A DNA stretch of 64,000 nucleotides, taken from Thermodesulfobacteriota bacterium (GTDB taxonomy: Bacteria; Desulfobacterota; Desulfobulbia; Desulfobulbales; SURF-16). This document shows, one piece after another, positions 28,767-39,358 of the stretch. Each line of letters begins with the position of its first letter. The stretch's first letter is position 1. The notes under the pieces were generated by a model that was given only the letters and a program-made list of their open reading frames with translations, was not told the DNA's origin and searched no databases. The position numbers and the translations under genes were made by a program. The stretch is from positions 1 through 64,000 of the forward strand of contig JBFMAY010000011.1 in the NCBI GenBank assembly GCA_040755455.1. The letters run 5' to 3'.

Positions 28767-30055
28767 TATCCCCTTATCTGCTCCAGAAAGGCCTCGATTC
28801 TGGTCTGCAGCTGTCCCACATCCTCGGGGGAATAATCGGATTCAATGGCGAGATAAGGGATGCCCTCCTGCTGGCAGGCCTCTTTGATCCTGATCTCCTC
28901 CACGTTATAGGTATGACAGAACTGCAGGGAATAATGGATAATACCCTGGGCCATGCTTTCCTGGTACTCCCTGATCACCTGCTCGATGCGCTCATTGTTG
29001 GGAGTGAAGCAGGAGCAGTCGATCTGCATGTAGCGGTCGGTCAGCACATCGAGCTGACCATCCACATCCCTGCTGCTTTCGTCAATGAGATCCTTGAAAT
29101 AGCGGGTGCCGATACAACTCTCCTCACCCACGATAACAGCCCCGGCGGTTTCCACCAGGTTATGCAGCTTCCAGTTGGGCAGGGCCATGGGCACCCCGGC
29201 CACCATCACCCGCGGCGCATCCGCCGGCATGACCCCTTCACCCTTCCTGACCTTCGCGTCCAGCTCGTCGCACAGCGCATTTACTTGCCCGGCAAAACGC
29301 ACCGGCTCATCATAAAAGGCGATCTGCTCGATGAGCAGGGCATCCTTGCCGCTGATGGGGGCCGGGTTGCCTGCCCGCAGGCGGGTCAGCCGCTGCAGGG
29401 CCCGTCGTTTGTTATTAATGACCTTAATGGCGGAAGCCAGGTCATCGGCGGAGATCTTTTTGCCGGACACCACCTCAACCTTGCGCTTGAACTCCTGCAC
29501 CTCATCCAGCCACAAGGCCTTGTCCCGCCTGTTTTTCATCTGCGGGATCTCCATGACATAGGTGGGAACGAGCCGGTCCAGGATTTCCCAGGTCTTTTTC
29601 TTGGCATCACAGGTGGTTTCGCCATAAACGAAATCAACCGCCTGAAAATAGGGGCAGATTTTACCGGCCTTGAACCCATAGGCTGATTTGACCATGGGGC
29701 AGATATTGCGCGGCAGAATCTTTTCCGCATCCGGAATGGAGCCCTGGGAGCCGCCGCACAATCCCACGCAGATGCCGCCCGCGGCCACCACCACCTCCTC
29801 CGGGATATAGACGCAGAAAGTGCCGACCACCGGCCGGCCCTCTTTTTTGGCGGCCATGAGTTCCTGCACCCGGCCGCCATGGATCTCCGCCACCATGTTG
29901 TCAAAATAAGCCATGCCGGCGGGCCGGTTCTGCTGGGACAGGTAGATGGATGCATAGGCGTTGCCCAGCATCTGGCGCGCCTTGTCAAATCTAGGCACGT
30001 CCATGCCCAGCTCCTGCCACAGTTCGGGGTATGCCTTCACCTCAAAATCCGCCAT
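28766..30055 (-). CDS. double-cubane-cluster protein / 2-hydroxyacyl-CoA dehydratase family (YjiM-like)
   Basis: GTFCVY, GLCGG, LPRNICPMVKS, ETTCDAKKK, EESCIG, IDCSCFTPN, LQFCH, QTRIEAFLE. Confidence 0.88.
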   Translation of the reverse strand: MADFEVKAYPELWQELGMDVPRFDKARQMLGNAYASIYLSQQNRPAGMAYFDNMVAEIHGGRVQELMAAKKEGRPVVGTFCVYIPEEVVVAAGGICVGLCGGSQGSIPDAEKILPRNICPMVKSAYGFKAGKICPYFQAVDFVYGETTCDAKKKTWEILDRLVPTYVMEIPQMKNRRDKALWLDEVQEFKRKVEVVSGKKISADDLASAIKVINNKRRALQRLTRLRAGNPAPISGKDALLIEQIAFYDEPVRFAGQVNALCDELDAKVRKGEGVMPADAPRVMVAGVPMALPNWKLHNLVETAGAVIVGEESCIGTRYFKDLIDESSRDVDGQLDVLTDRYMQIDCSCFTPNNERIEQVIREYQESMAQGIIHYSLQFCHTYNVEEIRIKEACQQEGIPYLAIESDYSPEDVGQLQTRIEAFLEQIRG

Positions 30056-30336
30056 TTTTTCTTCCCTCCAGGCCTGCCGGCTTGTTGATGATCTCGTTTA
30101 TTGCGGCTGCGTCAGCCTAATTTTTTTCAGTAATAAATATCGCTCTCAAGCACAGCCCTTAAAATATATAGATTTACCTATAAGTCAAATCGGAAATTTT
30201 AATTTCATCATGCGGAAACATAGGGAAAGCGGATGGCAAATAATTTTGCCGCGGTGGAAAGAAAATAATGGGCAGCGGAAAAAATCGGTGAGGCAGCAGG
30301 ACGCAAGTCCGGCTGCGGGGGTTGAAACACCAACGA

Positions 30337-30894
30337 TCAGGGATTGAGATAGACCTTCTGAAAGCGGTAGAAGTAGTCGATGCCGGACCAGATGGTCAGA
30401 AAGAGGGCAACGTAAAGAATCCCAAGGCCGATCTGGTGCAGGTAGGGAATGGGCAGGACGCCCAGGGGGAACATGAGGGTGCCCAGGGCGGTGAGCTGGA
30501 CCACGCTTTTCCATTTTCCCAAGCGGCTGGCGGCAATGATCAAGCCGGATGAGGCGGCAACCCCGCGCAGACCGGTTACCACCAGTTCCCGGGAGAGAAT
30601 GAGAAAGGCCACCCAGGCAGGCATCCGGTCAAGCGGGATCAGCATGACCAGGACCGCGGCAACCAGCACCTTGTCGGCCAGCGGGTCCATCAGCTTGCCC
30701 AGCACCGACTCCACCTTGTACTTTCTGGCGATATAGCCGTCAGCCAGATCAGTCAGCGCGGCGGACAGATACAGGGCAAACCCCAGCAGGCTGACCCAGG
30801 TTTCAGCGCCGGGGTAAAGACAGAAGAGCAGGAGCGGCGCGGCAACAAACCGGTAACCCGTCAGAATATTAGGAACATGGGTGAACGGACTCAA
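30337..30894 (-). CDS. pgsA: CDP-diacylglycerol--glycerol-3-phosphate 3-phosphatidyltransferase
   Basis: PNILT, TDLADGYIARK, GKLMDPLADK, RELVVTGLR. Confidence 0.93.
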   Translation of the reverse strand: MSPFTHVPNILTGYRFVAAPLLLFCLYPGAETWVSLLGFALYLSAALTDLADGYIARKYKVESVLGKLMDPLADKVLVAAVLVMLIPLDRMPAWVAFLILSRELVVTGLRGVAASSGLIIAASRLGKWKSVVQLTALGTLMFPLGVLPIPYLHQIGLGILYVALFLTIWSGIDYFYRFQKVYLNP

Positions 30895-30918
30895 TGGGTC
30901 AACCCCTTTTGCGGCGCC

Positions 30919-31530
30919 TCATCCTCCCTGGTGAGAGGATGAGACGGCCTGATAACGCCGGTAATGACGGAGAACTCTTTCGACATATTCAACGGTTTCC
31001 GGGATGTCGGGAATGCGGCCGATGCTTTTCACCACTTCAGGGCCGGCATTATAGGCCGCCAGGGCAAGATGCAGATCATCATCAAAAATATTGAGCATTT
31101 TCCTCAGATAACGGGTGCCGCCGTTGATATTCTCCCGGGGATCAAAAGGGTCCGCTACCCGCATGTCCCGGGCCGTGCCGGGCATGAGCTGCATCAGTCC
31201 CTGGGCGCCCTTGCAGGAAAGGGCCAGATGGTCGAAATTCGACTCGGCCTTAATCACCGCCTGAATGAGCAGCGGATCAACCTGATAGCGGCTGCCCACT
31301 GATCTGATATAATGCTCATACTCCCGCAGGTTGATATGCCTTGGCGAAGGGGCGCGAATCTGGCTGCTCTCCGGCATATCCACCTTCACGTAGCGGCGGT
31401 CGTTGGGCACATTGGAAAAATGTATCACCCCGTTTTCATCCACAAACGTATACATGGTGGCAAAGGAAAACGCCGGGAAAAACGCGCCGCACAGCACTAT
31501 GATAATCCATGATCGTAACAGAGTTGCCAT
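30919..31530 (-). CDS. lytic transglycosylase (SLT) with a DUF4124 N-terminus
   Basis: YTFVDENGVIHFSNVP; AES, GAQGLMQLMP, LAAYNAG. Confidence 0.92.
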   Translation of the reverse strand: MATLLRSWIIIVLCGAFFPAFSFATMYTFVDENGVIHFSNVPNDRRYVKVDMPESSQIRAPSPRHINLREYEHYIRSVGSRYQVDPLLIQAVIKAESNFDHLALSCKGAQGLMQLMPGTARDMRVADPFDPRENINGGTRYLRKMLNIFDDDLHLALAAYNAGPEVVKSIGRIPDIPETVEYVERVLRHYRRYQAVSSSHQGG

Positions 31531-31566
31531 GGATTTATTATAGTGCTAAAAAAATCTCCCGTCAGC

Positions 31567-32211
31567 TTACTTTTTTCTTTTTTCCCAGTCTGCCAGAAAT
31601 TTTTCCATGCCGATGTCCGTCAGGGGATGTTTGGCCAACTGGGCAATGACATTGTAAGGGATGGTGGCGATATCCGCCCCGATGAGCGCGGCGTCCAGCA
31701 CATGCACCGGGTTGCGGATGCTGGCGACGATCACCTCCGTCTGGTAGCCGTAGTTGTCATAAATGGTCATGATGTCGCTGACCAGATCCATGCCGGTCAG
31801 CAAGATATCATCCAGCCTGCCGACAAAGGGACTGACAAAGGTTGCCCCGGCCTTGGCGGCAAGCAGGGCCTGGGTGGCGGAAAAAACCAGGGTCACGTTG
31901 GTCTTGATCCCTTCGGCGGCGAATTGCTTGACCGCCTTAAGGCCTTCGGTGACCATCGGCACCTTGATAACGATGTTGGAATGCAGGGCGGCGAGCTGCC
32001 GGCCCTCAACCAGCATGCCAGCCGCATCGAGACTGACCACCTCGGCGCTGATCGGCCCATCGACCGCGGCGCAGATTTCTTTTAGTATCGTTTCAAAGGG
32101 CTTCTTTTCCTTGGCAATAAGGGAAGGATTGGTGGTCACGCCATCGACCATGCCCATTTCCACGCCCTTCTTGATTTCTTCAATATTGGCTGTATCAATA
32201 AAAAACTTCAT
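31567..32211 (-). CDS. tal: transaldolase / fructose-6-phosphate aldolase family
   Basis: [36 protein letters not shown]. Confidence 0.92.
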   Translation of the reverse strand: MKFFIDTANIEEIKKGVEMGMVDGVTTNPSLIAKEKKPFETILKEICAAVDGPISAEVVSLDAAGMLVEGRQLAALHSNIVIKVPMVTEGLKAVKQFAAEGIKTNVTLVFSATQALLAAKAGATFVSPFVGRLDDILLTGMDLVSDIMTIYDNYGYQTEVIVASIRNPVHVLDAALIGADIATIPYNVIAQLAKHPLTDIGMEKFLADWEKRKK

Positions 32212-32477
32212 TGTTGTTCTCCTTTACCCGCTAAAAAGGTTTGGCAGCACTTTTCACTGCAGAAATAGTAAATTTTACCGTCTTTCGCAGCCCGAATCGC
32301 CTGCTGCTGCGGCACATAGGTATGGCAGACCGGATCTTCCACCAGCACGTCCTGGGCGGGGGAGGAAGCGGCGGAGGCAGGCTGCACTGGCGGCTTCTCC
32401 CTCTTTCTGCCGGCAAAAAGCAGCCGATAGAGAATATAACACAGTGCTGCCAGAATAATGATACGCAACGGGCTCAT
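32208..32477 (-). CDS. membrane-anchored YHS domain protein
   Basis: [10 protein letters not shown]...YYFCSEKC. Confidence 0.85.
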   Translation of the reverse strand: MSPLRIIILAALCYILYRLLFAGRKREKPPVQPASAASSPAQDVLVEDPVCHTYVPQQQAIRAAKDGKIYYFCSEKCCQTFLAGKGEQQ

Positions 32478-33013
32478 GTTTTCTCCCAGGTGATCTGCTG
32501 CACCCCGCTTTGCCGGGCAAGATCTTTCAGCATCGCAAGCGATGTCATGTGCAGGATGGGATGGACGTGCAACGGCGCCACCGCCGCCAGCGGGGCAAGC
32601 ACAAAAAGCCGGTTGGCAATGGCCGGATGGGGCAGGGTGAGAGAGGGGGTCTCGATCACCAGATCGTCATAATAGAGCAGATCAAGATCAACCGTCCGGT
32701 CCTTGCCCTTTTGCCGGTCGCGCCCCAGCTCGGCTTCAATATCCATCATTTTATCAAGAAGCGCCTGCGGCGCAAGCCGGGTTTCCAGCAGCCCTACGGC
32801 ATTGGTGAACAGCTGGTCGCTCACCATGCCTACCGGTTCCGTCAGAAAGGGCGGAGAAAGGGCCACGGCCCGTCCAGCCTCTTCCTGCAGCCTTTGCCAG
32901 GCGGCAAGCAGATTGCTGCGCCCGTCTCCCAGGTTGGAACCGAGTCCGATAAAGGCATGCGCCACGGGGAGGGTGTCCGGCAACGGATAATCTGCAGCAG
33001 CGTAGGGCGGCAC
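32474..33013 (-). CDS. folK: 2-amino-4-hydroxy-6-hydroxymethyldihydropteridine diphosphokinase
   Basis: IGLGSNLG, RTVDLDLL, LPHP, RLFVLAPL. Confidence 0.93.
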   Translation of the reverse strand: MPPYAAADYPLPDTLPVAHAFIGLGSNLGDGRSNLLAAWQRLQEEAGRAVALSPPFLTEPVGMVSDQLFTNAVGLLETRLAPQALLDKMMDIEAELGRDRQKGKDRTVDLDLLYYDDLVIETPSLTLPHPAIANRLFVLAPLAAVAPLHVHPILHMTSLAMLKDLARQSGVQQITWEKT

Positions 33014-33018
33014 CGCTT

Positions 33019-33828
33019 TTAGAGATCGGCCAACCCCAGCACATCGAACATGCTGTACATGCCGTTGGCCCTGCCGGCGACCCAGGCGGCGGCAAGAGCC
33101 GCGCCCCTGGCAAAATTGTCACGGCTGTGGGCCCGGTGGATGAGCTCAATCCGCTCCCCTGGTCCGGCAAAATAGACGGTGTGCTCGCCGACAATATCGC
33201 CGCCGCGGATGGTCTGGATGCCTATTTCCTCCTTGGTCCGCTCCCCGATGATGCCGTTGCGCTCAAAAATACCGACTTTGCCCAGATCGCGGCCCACACC
33301 GAGAGCCGCCATCTCGCCTAGCTTTAAGGCCGTGCCGCTGGGCGCGTCTTTTTTCATGCGGTGGTGGGCCTCGACAATTTCAATGTCATAATCATTGCCG
33401 AGGATGGCAGCCACCTTCTGGGTGATTTTAAACAGGACATTCACCCCGACCGCCATATTGGGCGACTGGACAATGGGAATGTCTTTGGCCAGCTCTTTGA
33501 GTTCCGCCAGATTCTCCGGGCTCAGCCCCGTGGTGCCGATGACCATGGCCTTGTGGTGCCGGGCGGCGATCCTGGCAAAGCCCATGGTGGCGGCATGAAA
33601 GGTGAAATCAATGATCACGTCGCACGTATCTACCACCGCCGACAAATCCGGCGCAATGACGGCACCCGCCGGACCATAGCCGCCCACCTCGCCGATATCC
33701 TTTCCCACCGCCGGGCTGCCCGCCTGCTCAAAACCGCCGACCAGCTGCAGCGCGGCATTCTGGGTCACCATGTAGCCAATCCGCTTTCCCATCCGACCGG
33801 CAGCACCGGCAACAATGACTTTTGTCAT
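33019..33828 (-). CDS. dapB: 4-hydroxy-tetrahydrodipicolinate reductase
   Basis: GAAGRMG, IGTTG, EAHHRMKKDAPSGTA. Confidence 0.96.
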   Translation of the reverse strand: MTKVIVAGAAGRMGKRIGYMVTQNAALQLVGGFEQAGSPAVGKDIGEVGGYGPAGAVIAPDLSAVVDTCDVIIDFTFHAATMGFARIAARHHKAMVIGTTGLSPENLAELKELAKDIPIVQSPNMAVGVNVLFKITQKVAAILGNDYDIEIVEAHHRMKKDAPSGTALKLGEMAALGVGRDLGKVGIFERNGIIGERTKEEIGIQTIRGGDIVGEHTVYFAGPGERIELIHRAHSRDNFARGAALAAAWVAGRANGMYSMFDVLGLADL

Positions 33829-33864
33829 ATCTCTTTCTCCAATTTGGCAAAAACAAAAAACCAA

Positions 33865-34746
33865 TTATAGCATTTTCTGATCTTTCAGCACAGCCTTCAT
33901 GCGGTTCATGGGCTCTTCACCCATGTGCCACAACGGCTGGCGCGGGGTGCCGGACTTGATTTTACCCATCAGCTCCAGGGCCTTCTTGGCCGGCACCGGA
34001 TTGGTATCATAGAACATGGCGCCCATGAGCGGGAAAAGCCGGTGTTGAATCTCCCGGGCCCGGGCCACATCCCCAGCCAAGGCTGCGTTCATCAGGTCGG
34101 ACATGCCCCTGGGATGCACATTGGAGGTCACGGAAATCACGCCGGTGCCGCCGAGCAGCACCAGCGACATGGCGGTGAAGTCATCGCCGGACAGGATGGC
34201 GAAATCCGCCGGACAGCGCCGGATAACATCACAGGCCCGGTTCATGTCGCCGGTGGCCTCCTTGATGCCGACAATGTTGTCCACCTCGGCGCAGCGGGCC
34301 ACGGTGGCGGCCGTCATGTCGACCGCGGTGCGGGATGGCACGTTATAGAGAACCAGGGGAAGATCCACCGCCTCGGCCACGGTCTTGAAATGCTGGTACA
34401 GGCCTTCCTGGGACGGCTTGTTGTAATAAGGGGTAATGACCAGCGCCCCGTCCGCCCCGGCCTCTTTGGCATGACGGGTCAGCTCGATTGTTTCCGTGGT
34501 GGAGTTGGAACCGGTGCCGGCCAGGACCGGCACCCGGCCCTTCACCGTCGCAATGGTCAGCTCCACCACCCGCTGATGCTCCGCATGGCTCAAGGTGGCC
34601 GACTCCCCGGTGGTGCCGCAAGGCACGATGCCGTGGGTGCCGTTGGCAAGCTGAAACTCAATGAGATCCTTTAATCCCTGTTCATCAATGCGCCCATCAA
34701 TAAACGGTGTCACTATGGCCACAAAGGCTCCTCGAAACGGCGTCAT
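33865..34746 (-). CDS. dapA: 4-hydroxy-tetrahydrodipicolinate synthase
   Basis: GTTGES, PYYNKP, YNVPSRT, GIKEATG. Confidence 0.96.
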   Translation of the reverse strand: MTPFRGAFVAIVTPFIDGRIDEQGLKDLIEFQLANGTHGIVPCGTTGESATLSHAEHQRVVELTIATVKGRVPVLAGTGSNSTTETIELTRHAKEAGADGALVITPYYNKPSQEGLYQHFKTVAEAVDLPLVLYNVPSRTAVDMTAATVARCAEVDNIVGIKEATGDMNRACDVIRRCPADFAILSGDDFTAMSLVLLGGTGVISVTSNVHPRGMSDLMNAALAGDVARAREIQHRLFPLMGAMFYDTNPVPAKKALELMGKIKSGTPRQPLWHMGEEPMNRMKAVLKDQKML

Positions 34747-34795
34747 ATGTACCTCCTCTGATTCTTGGAAATCAACTTATAAATTTTATCCTTGC

Positions 34796-35626
34796 TTACA
34801 GCATGGCTTCGGCGCTCAACTGCCCTTCATAGATAAAATGCGCCGGCCCCTCAAGAAAAACTGCCGCGATTTTTCCTTCATCCTGCAGGGCAAAGTGGAT
34901 GAGCAGCTTCTCGCCGCCGGAGGTGGTCACCTGCACCGGGGAGCTGACCCGGCCGAGCAGCCCGGCGATCACCGCCGAGGCCACCGCGCCCGTGCCGCAG
35001 GCCATGGTCTCATCCTCAACGCCCCTTTCATAGGTGCGGACATGGAGGCTATCAGGCCCCAGCACCTCCACGAAATTGGCATTGGCCCCGGCCGGCTGAA
35101 AGAGCTGGTGAAAACGGATGGCGGCCCCCCAGGCCTTGACCGGCGTGCCATGATTGCCGTCAACAAAGCAGACCGCATGGGGCACCCCGGTATTGAGAAA
35201 ATGCACCTGGCGGGCAATGCCATCCAGCACCACATCATGGTCAAGGGCCAGGCCTGTCGGCGGCGTCATGGCAAGCTTGACCCCCGTGCCCCTGATCTCG
35301 GCATGGATGATGCCGGCAACGGTCAAAAAACTCATTTGGGCCGGGGCAATGCCCCTGCTGTGGGCGAAACGGGCCGCGCAGCGGGCGCCGTTGCCGCACA
35401 TTTCGGCCTCGCTGCCGTCCGCATTGTAAAAATGCCAGCGGAAATCCGCCTGGTCGGAATTTTCAATGAGAATCAGGCCGTCGGCGCCGACTGAAAATTT
35501 GCGGCGGCAGACCGTCCTGGCAAAAGAACCCATTTCCTCTTTGGCCAAAAAAGGTTGCCGGTGGTCAATGATGATGAAGTCATTGCCGGTACCGCTCATC
35601 TTGGTAAATGCGATTGGAAAATTCAT
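34796..35626 (-). CDS. dapF: diaminopimelate epimerase
   Basis: KMSGTGNDF, EMCGNG, ERGVEDETMACGTG. Confidence 0.96.
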   Translation of the reverse strand: MNFPIAFTKMSGTGNDFIIIDHRQPFLAKEEMGSFARTVCRRKFSVGADGLILIENSDQADFRWHFYNADGSEAEMCGNGARCAARFAHSRGIAPAQMSFLTVAGIIHAEIRGTGVKLAMTPPTGLALDHDVVLDGIARQVHFLNTGVPHAVCFVDGNHGTPVKAWGAAIRFHQLFQPAGANANFVEVLGPDSLHVRTYERGVEDETMACGTGAVASAVIAGLLGRVSSPVQVTTSGGEKLLIHFALQDEGKIAAVFLEGPAHFIYEGQLSAEAML

Positions 35627-35635
35627 AATCCGTTT

Positions 35636-36874
35636 TTATGGTATCATCTCACCGGCAATCAGGGCGTCATAGGTCTCCCGCCGGCGGATCACGTGAAAAG
35701 ACTCGCCATCCACCAGCACCTCAGGCACCCTGGGCCGGGAATTGTAATTGGATGACATGCTGAAGCCATAGGCCCCGGCACTCATGACGGCCAGCAGGTC
35801 GCCCTGCCGGCAGACCGGCACCTTCTTGCCCCTGGAAAGAAAATCACCGCTCTCACAGATGGGGCCGACCACGTCAGCCACCTCCTCCTCATCACCGCGG
35901 CGGACCACGGGCCGGATGGCATGATGGGCGTCATACAGGCTGGGCCGGGCCAGATCATTCATGCCGGCATCGACGATCACAAATTTTTTACCGCCCTGTT
36001 TGGTATACAGCACCCTGGTCACCAGGATGCCGGCATTACCCACGATAACGCGGCCCGGCTCCAGGATCAAGGTGCAGTCAAGCCCTTGCATCTCCCGCTC
36101 AAGGGCCGCGGCATAGGCGGCCGGCAGAGGCGGCTCCTCATCGCTGTAACGGATGCCGACCCCTCCTCCCAGATCAATAGTGGAGATGGAGATGCCAGCC
36201 TGCTTGAGGCGCTCGACAAACAACTTCACCTTCTGCAGGGATTCGACAAAAGGTGATACATCGGTGAGTTGTGATCCTATATGACAGCTTACGCCGATAA
36301 TCTCAATATTTTTCATCGTGCGGGCGGCAAGATAGGAATCCAGCGCATCCCGGATGGGGATACCGAACTTGTTTTTGGCCAGTCCGGTGGAGATATAGGC
36401 ATGGGTTTTCGGGTCCACATCCGGGTTGACCCGGAAGGAAACCGGGGCCGTCACGCCAAGCGAGGCGGCGACCTGCTGCAGGGTCTCCAGTTCCTGGTGT
36501 GATTCCACATTGAGCATCAGAATTTTCGACTCCAGGGCGTAACGCATTTCGTCCTCGCTCTTTCCCACCCCGGAATAGACGATTTTCCGCGGGTCAATGC
36601 CGGCCTTGAGCGCCCGGAACAGCTCCCCGCCGGAAACGATATCCGCCCCGCCGCCCAGCTTGCCAAAGAGATTGAGCAAGGCGATGTTTGAACAGGCCTT
36701 GGTGGCGAAACAGGTTATATGCGGCAGGGTGAACGCTCCGTCAAAGGCCCGGAAATGGCGGGTCAGGGTGGCGGTGCTGTAGAGGTAAAACGGGGTGCCC
36801 ACTGCCGCGGCAATATCGGCCACCGGCACCTCCTCACAGAAAAGGACATCATTCTTGTATTGAAAATGGTTCAT
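35636..36874 (-). CDS. lysA: diaminopimelate decarboxylase
   Basis: ATKAC, HIGSQ, EPGR, GPICESGD, AGAYG..MSSNYN. Confidence 0.96.
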   Translation of the reverse strand: MNHFQYKNDVLFCEEVPVADIAAAVGTPFYLYSTATLTRHFRAFDGAFTLPHITCFATKACSNIALLNLFGKLGGGADIVSGGELFRALKAGIDPRKIVYSGVGKSEDEMRYALESKILMLNVESHQELETLQQVAASLGVTAPVSFRVNPDVDPKTHAYISTGLAKNKFGIPIRDALDSYLAARTMKNIEIIGVSCHIGSQLTDVSPFVESLQKVKLFVERLKQAGISISTIDLGGGVGIRYSDEEPPLPAAYAAALEREMQGLDCTLILEPGRVIVGNAGILVTRVLYTKQGGKKFVIVDAGMNDLARPSLYDAHHAIRPVVRRGDEEEVADVVGPICESGDFLSRGKKVPVCRQGDLLAVMSAGAYGFSMSSNYNSRPRVPEVLVDGESFHVIRRRETYDALIAGEMIP

Positions 36875-36926
36875 TGATTCACGAAAAAATTTAAATTTTG
36901 CTCACTTGGCGTTCTGCCGAAAAAAA

Positions 36927-37967
36927 TTATCGCGGCAATTCCACTTCCCGTGAAAAAGCACTCTCATTGGGCGGCACCGCATCATCAATGGCGGTCACGG
37001 CATAATAGAGGGTCGCATCACCCTCCGGCAGATTGCGGTCGGTGAAAGAAAAGGAAGCCCGGTCCGTCTCGCCCACCAGCGTCATTTCCTGGTCCCCGGC
37101 CTGGCGCCGGTAGACACGAAAACCCGCCACGCCCTGCTGGGCGATGTTCTCCCAGAGAATCTTCACCCCGTCAGCGGCGGCCACGATGGTGAATTTTTCC
37201 GGCGGCACCGGGGGAATCACATTGCGCGCCATGCCGGCTATCACCTCGCTCGCCGCGCCAAACAGCTCCGTGTCAGCCACCGTGCGCACCGCCCGCACCT
37301 GATAAAAATACTTCCTGCCGTTGTCCAGCCCTTGGTCAACATAGGAAAGACCGGCAACCGGCTCGCCGATTTTGTCAAACTCCCGGCCCTTATTGCTGCG
37401 ATAGACCTGATAGCGCACAGCTTCGGCCACCGGGCCGCCGTCACCCGTGGTCACCGGCTGCCAGCCGATGGTCAGACCCCGATCGGCGACCTGCAGGGTC
37501 AGCCCGGTCGGCGGCGGCAGCGGGCTCTCCCATTGGAAGGAAACCCTGTTTGAATCGCCGCTGACGATATTCCAGCCCGACCCGGACACCACCTTATAGG
37601 TGTAGCGGTAATGGCTTTGCAAGTCGGTATCCGTATAGGTCATCCTGGCGCCGGGCTTGACCCCGGCCCCACTCAGGGTAATCGCCAGGTCATATTGCAC
37701 GGGACAGTCCGCACAGAAATCTTCCGCGCCAACCTCGCTTTTATACAGCGTAAACGTCCTGACATTGTCTATTTTCTCACCTGATTCAGCAAGAATGGGA
37801 TAGGTCCAGTTCAGGGTGGCACCCTGCTCATCGAGGGAATGTTGTAAATCGGCAATCGGCACCGCAATGGCCGCCTGGGGGGGGATCGGCAGGGTTTTTC
37901 TTCCGCAACCGCAACAGCAGAGCAGCAGAAAACAACAAAGCGCTATGGCATACCCGCATCGGCTCAT
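36927..37967 (-). CDS. lipoprotein with fibronectin type III domains (LptM-like N-terminus)
   Basis: lipobox followed by CGRKTLPIPP; three Fn3-like repeats (W..., Y.VYRS, Y.Y.V). Confidence 0.8.
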   Translation of the reverse strand: MSRCGYAIALCCFLLLCCCGCGRKTLPIPPQAAIAVPIADLQHSLDEQGATLNWTYPILAESGEKIDNVRTFTLYKSEVGAEDFCADCPVQYDLAITLSGAGVKPGARMTYTDTDLQSHYRYTYKVVSGSGWNIVSGDSNRVSFQWESPLPPPTGLTLQVADRGLTIGWQPVTTGDGGPVAEAVRYQVYRSNKGREFDKIGEPVAGLSYVDQGLDNGRKYFYQVRAVRTVADTELFGAASEVIAGMARNVIPPVPPEKFTIVAAADGVKILWENIAQQGVAGFRVYRRQAGDQEMTLVGETDRASFSFTDRNLPEGDATLYYAVTAIDDAVPPNESAFSREVELPR

Positions 37968-37970
37968 CGC

Positions 37971-39356
37971 TTACATCCCCAGTTCCCTTTCCGCCCTCGC
38001 CAGCGCCTCCTTCACGCGGACGATGGAGGTGCCGCCGGTGGAACGGCGGCTGTCCACCGAGCCCTTCACGGTCAACACGGCAACAACATCCTCGTCGATG
38101 GCCTCGGAAAATTGACGCAGTTCATCCAGGGCAAGCTCGATCAGCTCCTTTTTCTTTTGCACGCAGTAGGCCACGGTCCGGCCGACAATGGCATGGGCCT
38201 GGCGGAACGGCACGTTTTTGCGCACCAGATAATCGGCCAGATCCGTTGCCGTCATATAGCCTGTTTTGGTGGCATCCTCCAGGCGGGCCGTATTGAACTT
38301 CATATTGGCCAGCAGCTCGGCGGCAATGGCCAGCCCATGGCTTACGGTATCCAGGGTGTCAAAAACCGGCTCCTTATCTTCCTGCAGATCCCGGTTATAG
38401 GTGAGCGGCAGACCTTTCAGCATGGTGAGCAGCGCCATCAGGTTGCCCACCACTCGGCCGCTTTTGCCGCGGATCAGCTCCGGGATATCGGGGTTTTTCT
38501 TCTGCGGCATGATGCTGCTGCCGGTGCAGAAACTGTCGGCCAGCTCGACAAAGCCGAATTCACTGCTGGACCAGAGCACCAGCTCCTCGGCCAGGCGGCT
38601 CAGATGCAGCTGGATCAGCGCACAGGCGGCAACAAACTCAACGGCGAAATCACGGTCCCCCACCGTGTCCATGCTGTTGGCGCTGACCGTGGGAAAGCCA
38701 AGTTCGGCCGCCACAAACTCACGGTCAATGGGCAGGCCGGTGCCGGCCAGGGCCGCGGCCCCCAAAGGCAGCACGTTGATTCTTTTGGCGCAGTCGCGCA
38801 GCCGCTCCTGATCGCGGCCAAACATCTCATAATAGGCCAGCATATGATGGGAGATGAGCACCGGCTGGGCCCGCTGCAGATGGGTATAACCGGGCATCAC
38901 CGCGCCGAGATAACGCCTGGCCAGTTTGACAAAGGATTTCCGCACCCCGGCCAGGAGTTCCACCAGCCGGTCGGTCTCCTCCCGCAGATAGAGACGCAGG
39001 TCAAGGTTGATCTGATCATTTCTGCTGCGGGCCGTATGCAGCTTGGCCCCGGCCGGGCCGATTTTGTCCACCAGGGCCTTTTCGATATTCATATGAATAT
39101 CTTCCAGTTCCGGCCTGAAGACAAAAACGCCCTGCTCGATCTCCTGCGCGATGGCGGCCAGACCCTCATCGATCCGCCCGCCTTCCTCGGCCGTGATCAG
39201 CCCCTGGCGGACCAGCATTTTCGCATGGGCCCGGCTGCCGGCGATGTCCTGGCGGTACAACCTGCAGTCATAGTGAATGGAGGCGGTAAAGGCCTCCACC
39301 GATGCAGCTGTTTTGCCGGAAAAGCGCCCTCCCCACAGTTTCGTTTCGTTTGTCAT
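37971..39356 (-). CDS. argH: argininosuccinate lyase
   Basis: LWGGRF, RSRNDQ, GYTHLQRAQP, GSSIMPQKKNPD. Confidence 0.97.
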   Translation of the reverse strand: MTNETKLWGGRFSGKTAASVEAFTASIHYDCRLYRQDIAGSRAHAKMLVRQGLITAEEGGRIDEGLAAIAQEIEQGVFVFRPELEDIHMNIEKALVDKIGPAGAKLHTARSRNDQINLDLRLYLREETDRLVELLAGVRKSFVKLARRYLGAVMPGYTHLQRAQPVLISHHMLAYYEMFGRDQERLRDCAKRINVLPLGAAALAGTGLPIDREFVAAELGFPTVSANSMDTVGDRDFAVEFVAACALIQLHLSRLAEELVLWSSSEFGFVELADSFCTGSSIMPQKKNPDIPELIRGKSGRVVGNLMALLTMLKGLPLTYNRDLQEDKEPVFDTLDTVSHGLAIAAELLANMKFNTARLEDATKTGYMTATDLADYLVRKNVPFRQAHAIVGRTVAYCVQKKKELIELALDELRQFSEAIDEDVVAVLTVKGSVDSRRSTGGTSIVRVKEALARAERELGM

Positions 39357-39358
39357 AA

